Virus record (IMG/VR): IMGVR_UViG_3300017971_000207
Span: 32,001-96,000 of that record
Source of the DNA: a virus
DNA length: 64,000 bases
Direction: 5' to 3' (one strand)
In this document: positions 63,201 to 64,000 of the stretch, one piece after another
How positions within the stretch are numbered: the stretch's first letter is position 1
How the letters are laid out: each line of letters starts with the position of its first letter
Notes under the pieces: generated by a model
Database searches by the model: none
The model's input: only the letters and a program-made list of their open reading frames with translations
What the model was told of the DNA's origin: nothing
Position numbers and translations under genes: made by a program

Positions 63201-64000
63201 ACCACAGAAACATAGGCGTTGAACCCGTCGTCGCGTCGGTTGGCCCTGGTGTAGCCGTCTCCCTGAAAGTAGCCAAGAAACCAAGCGCTCTGCTCATCTA
63301 ACCGCGGAACGGTTATATCGACGCACGTCGTAGAGTGTTTCGGCTTGTCGTAGGACCACGAGGGCAGCTCAGTAGGACGCCCTGGTAGAATGGCGTCGAC
63401 AAACACCATACGGTCCCCTGGCTCCAGCTCTTTAGCCTCTTTGAACTCGTAGCGGCCGGGGGCTGTGAGGACGGCCACTCGATGGTTTCCGGTACAACGA
63501 AAGACGCCCATTTGCGTGGTCAGCTCGTAAAGAGCCTGAACGCCCTGGTGTACGTGCTCCGAGACCTTAGCAAACTTCGAGCCCCCTGTGAGAACCTCAT
63601 CGCCTACCGCAACGGCCTCGATAGGCTTCAGCCCGTTCTTGGTGTGAACCAAGGAGCCTTCGGGGAGACAGCGACGCACGTTGCCTGCCTTCACGCATAG
63701 CCCGATGTAGTTGGTGACATCCAGGCAGTCGATCGAACTAAGCCTCCGACCCCGAGCTCGACGGACAACCTCCCAGCAGGACCTCAGCATATGAGTTAGC
63801 GGGCCAGGGCCGCCGGCCACTCCGCCAAAGGTCCGGATGGGTGTACCTCGCGGGCGCACGCGGGACACGTCAATGACCACATCAACCCCCTGGAAGGCTG
63901 AGAGCAGCACCTCACCTAACGCCTTCATCCAGCCCTCACGTGAGTCCTCTACATCGTAACGGTGTGTGCTCCCGTTGAGCATCTCTCCGCTGTACTTCGA
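60218..64000 (-). CDS. nrdJ: Class II (B12-dependent) ribonucleotide reductase with two inteins; 5' end outside window
   Basis: GNVRR|SA, GEPG, INP|CGE, CNLSE, TTVKPSGTISLL, C-terminal CASGSCPIR; frame open to 64000. Confidence 0.93.
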   Translation of the reverse strand, partial: SKYSGEMLNGSTHRYDVEDSREGWMKALGEVLLSAFQGVDVVIDVSRVRPRGTPIRTFGGVAGGPGPLTHMLRSCWEVVRRARGRRLSSIDCLDVTNYIGLCVKAGNVRRCLPEGSLVHTKNGLKPIEAVAVGDEVLTGGSKFAKVSEHVHQGVQALYELTTQMGVFRCTGNHRVAVLTAPGRYEFKEAKELEPGDRMVFVDAILPGRPTELPSWSYDKPKHSTTCVDITVPRLDEQSAWFLGYFQGDGYTRANRRDDGFNAYVSVVVANDGYHNAIANRCREQLTRYGVRLNERPPRALDDCLRIRAQSKQLAWYLDDNLKKPRQPLNVPSFILEGLPHVRASYLAGLLDADGAARNRPVVLCASVYPSFLEQVQAVYASLGIPTRLKLNRSARGSWQPMYHLNLVGRTATARFLELVQPHATKRVRVSAVSQCDYGYPSEMVRAEHSTTFWKGRWDSTSKQMVFPLYEELGGEAQGLVPICVQDVTETDETADTYDIEVAGAEEFVCNGLLVHNSALMTLGSPTDQAFRNAKKDLSLVTLHRHTSNNSLAFQSREELEGFDWRQLVSDIVAEPGGEPGVFNLPLCRETDPGIVGINPCLTGDTRVVTQWGLIPIRDLKDAKAFQVTTDARVGTDRTNVSPGAVHREAEAAFQTSASEKVYRMRTRHGNEIKATAYHRFPTPDGFVELKDLSPGDTLLLQSGEGLWGADGSEALGHVIGWLEGDGCWSEDGKRAHLFFWDAKRKMSGQYLAWCHEVAASVAPRNGHLKRFGCQVYDRYEDICSSLLSRALAEVGYREKGSVPEVVWRGTKKCVRGYLRGLFATDGQINWTAEKQTFSVRLSQSNPALLRDVQTLLLNFGIVSSVYKRRDAGYRRLPDGKGDLADYWCKTQYDLVVSKANAVRFYEQLGFLREDMEDRYLSWRSSWKRGPYAERFTTEIVSIEPIGHEPVFCLKQPTHETFIADGVATGNCGELPLYNREACNLSEVFPSRFHDTTDADEVFRLVTRYCFRNRLSKLTDPISNAVQQQNMRLGVGLGGICDFDWTPAQLDAWYGACRREATRYAIELGTAIPKTVTTVKPSGTISLLSRSSPGIHAPFARHYIRRVRLDIADNLAGALMEAGVPHELDVYDQTGNTIVFSFAESTPAGRVTAQTQTLRQQFERQAAVQEHWADNAVSATITFDADTEQEELAALLGEFVPRLKSTTCLPKAHGYAQPPYEAIDRETFERLASNIDHDHPLVNGGEMEIEEACASGSCPIR
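61091..62203 (-). mobile_element. RNR intein (371 aa) before the thiyl-radical Cys, LAGLIDADG
   Basis: NP|CLTGDTRV...IGWLEGDG...LRGLFATDG...ATGN|C. Confidence 0.93.
62453..63670 (-). mobile_element. RNR intein (406 aa), LAGLIDADG
   Basis: RR|CLPEGSLV...LGYFQGDG...LAGLLDADG...LVHN|S. Confidence 0.94.

Overview
GC-rich segment of a large tailed phage genome, almost all on the minus strand; the host cannot be determined from this window. It carries a packaging module (T4 gp20-like portal, large and small terminase), a Leu tRNA cluster and a 2523-aa multidomain protein. The replication/recombination block has PolA, RecA, RuvC, two SSBs, an SF2 helicase, primase, DnaB, a DnaC-like loader and an initiator with internal iterons. 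Also present are PyrE, a MoxR/vWA pair, a family-4 UDG, a plus-strand membrane protein/lipoprotein/papain-peptidase block and a class II RNR. I count 14 inteins in 9 genes, roughly a quarter of the window. Main finding: three inteins (TerL, PolA, MoxR) have no in-frame endonuclease. Each instead contains a complete endonuclease gene in the +1 frame of the same strand, with its own Shine-Dalgarno and a hairpin over the translation start, while the intein frame stays open. The three nucleases belong to different families (TnsA-like/NUMOD3, HNH, Vsr/DUF559-like). Two free-standing HNH cassettes appear to bring a replacement for the sequence they disrupt: a recoded gene 3' end in one case and a tRNA-Leu in the other. 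There is also an ATPase-only terminase paralog and a candidate structured RNA upstream of the portal. All calls come from reading motifs by eye; no searches were run.
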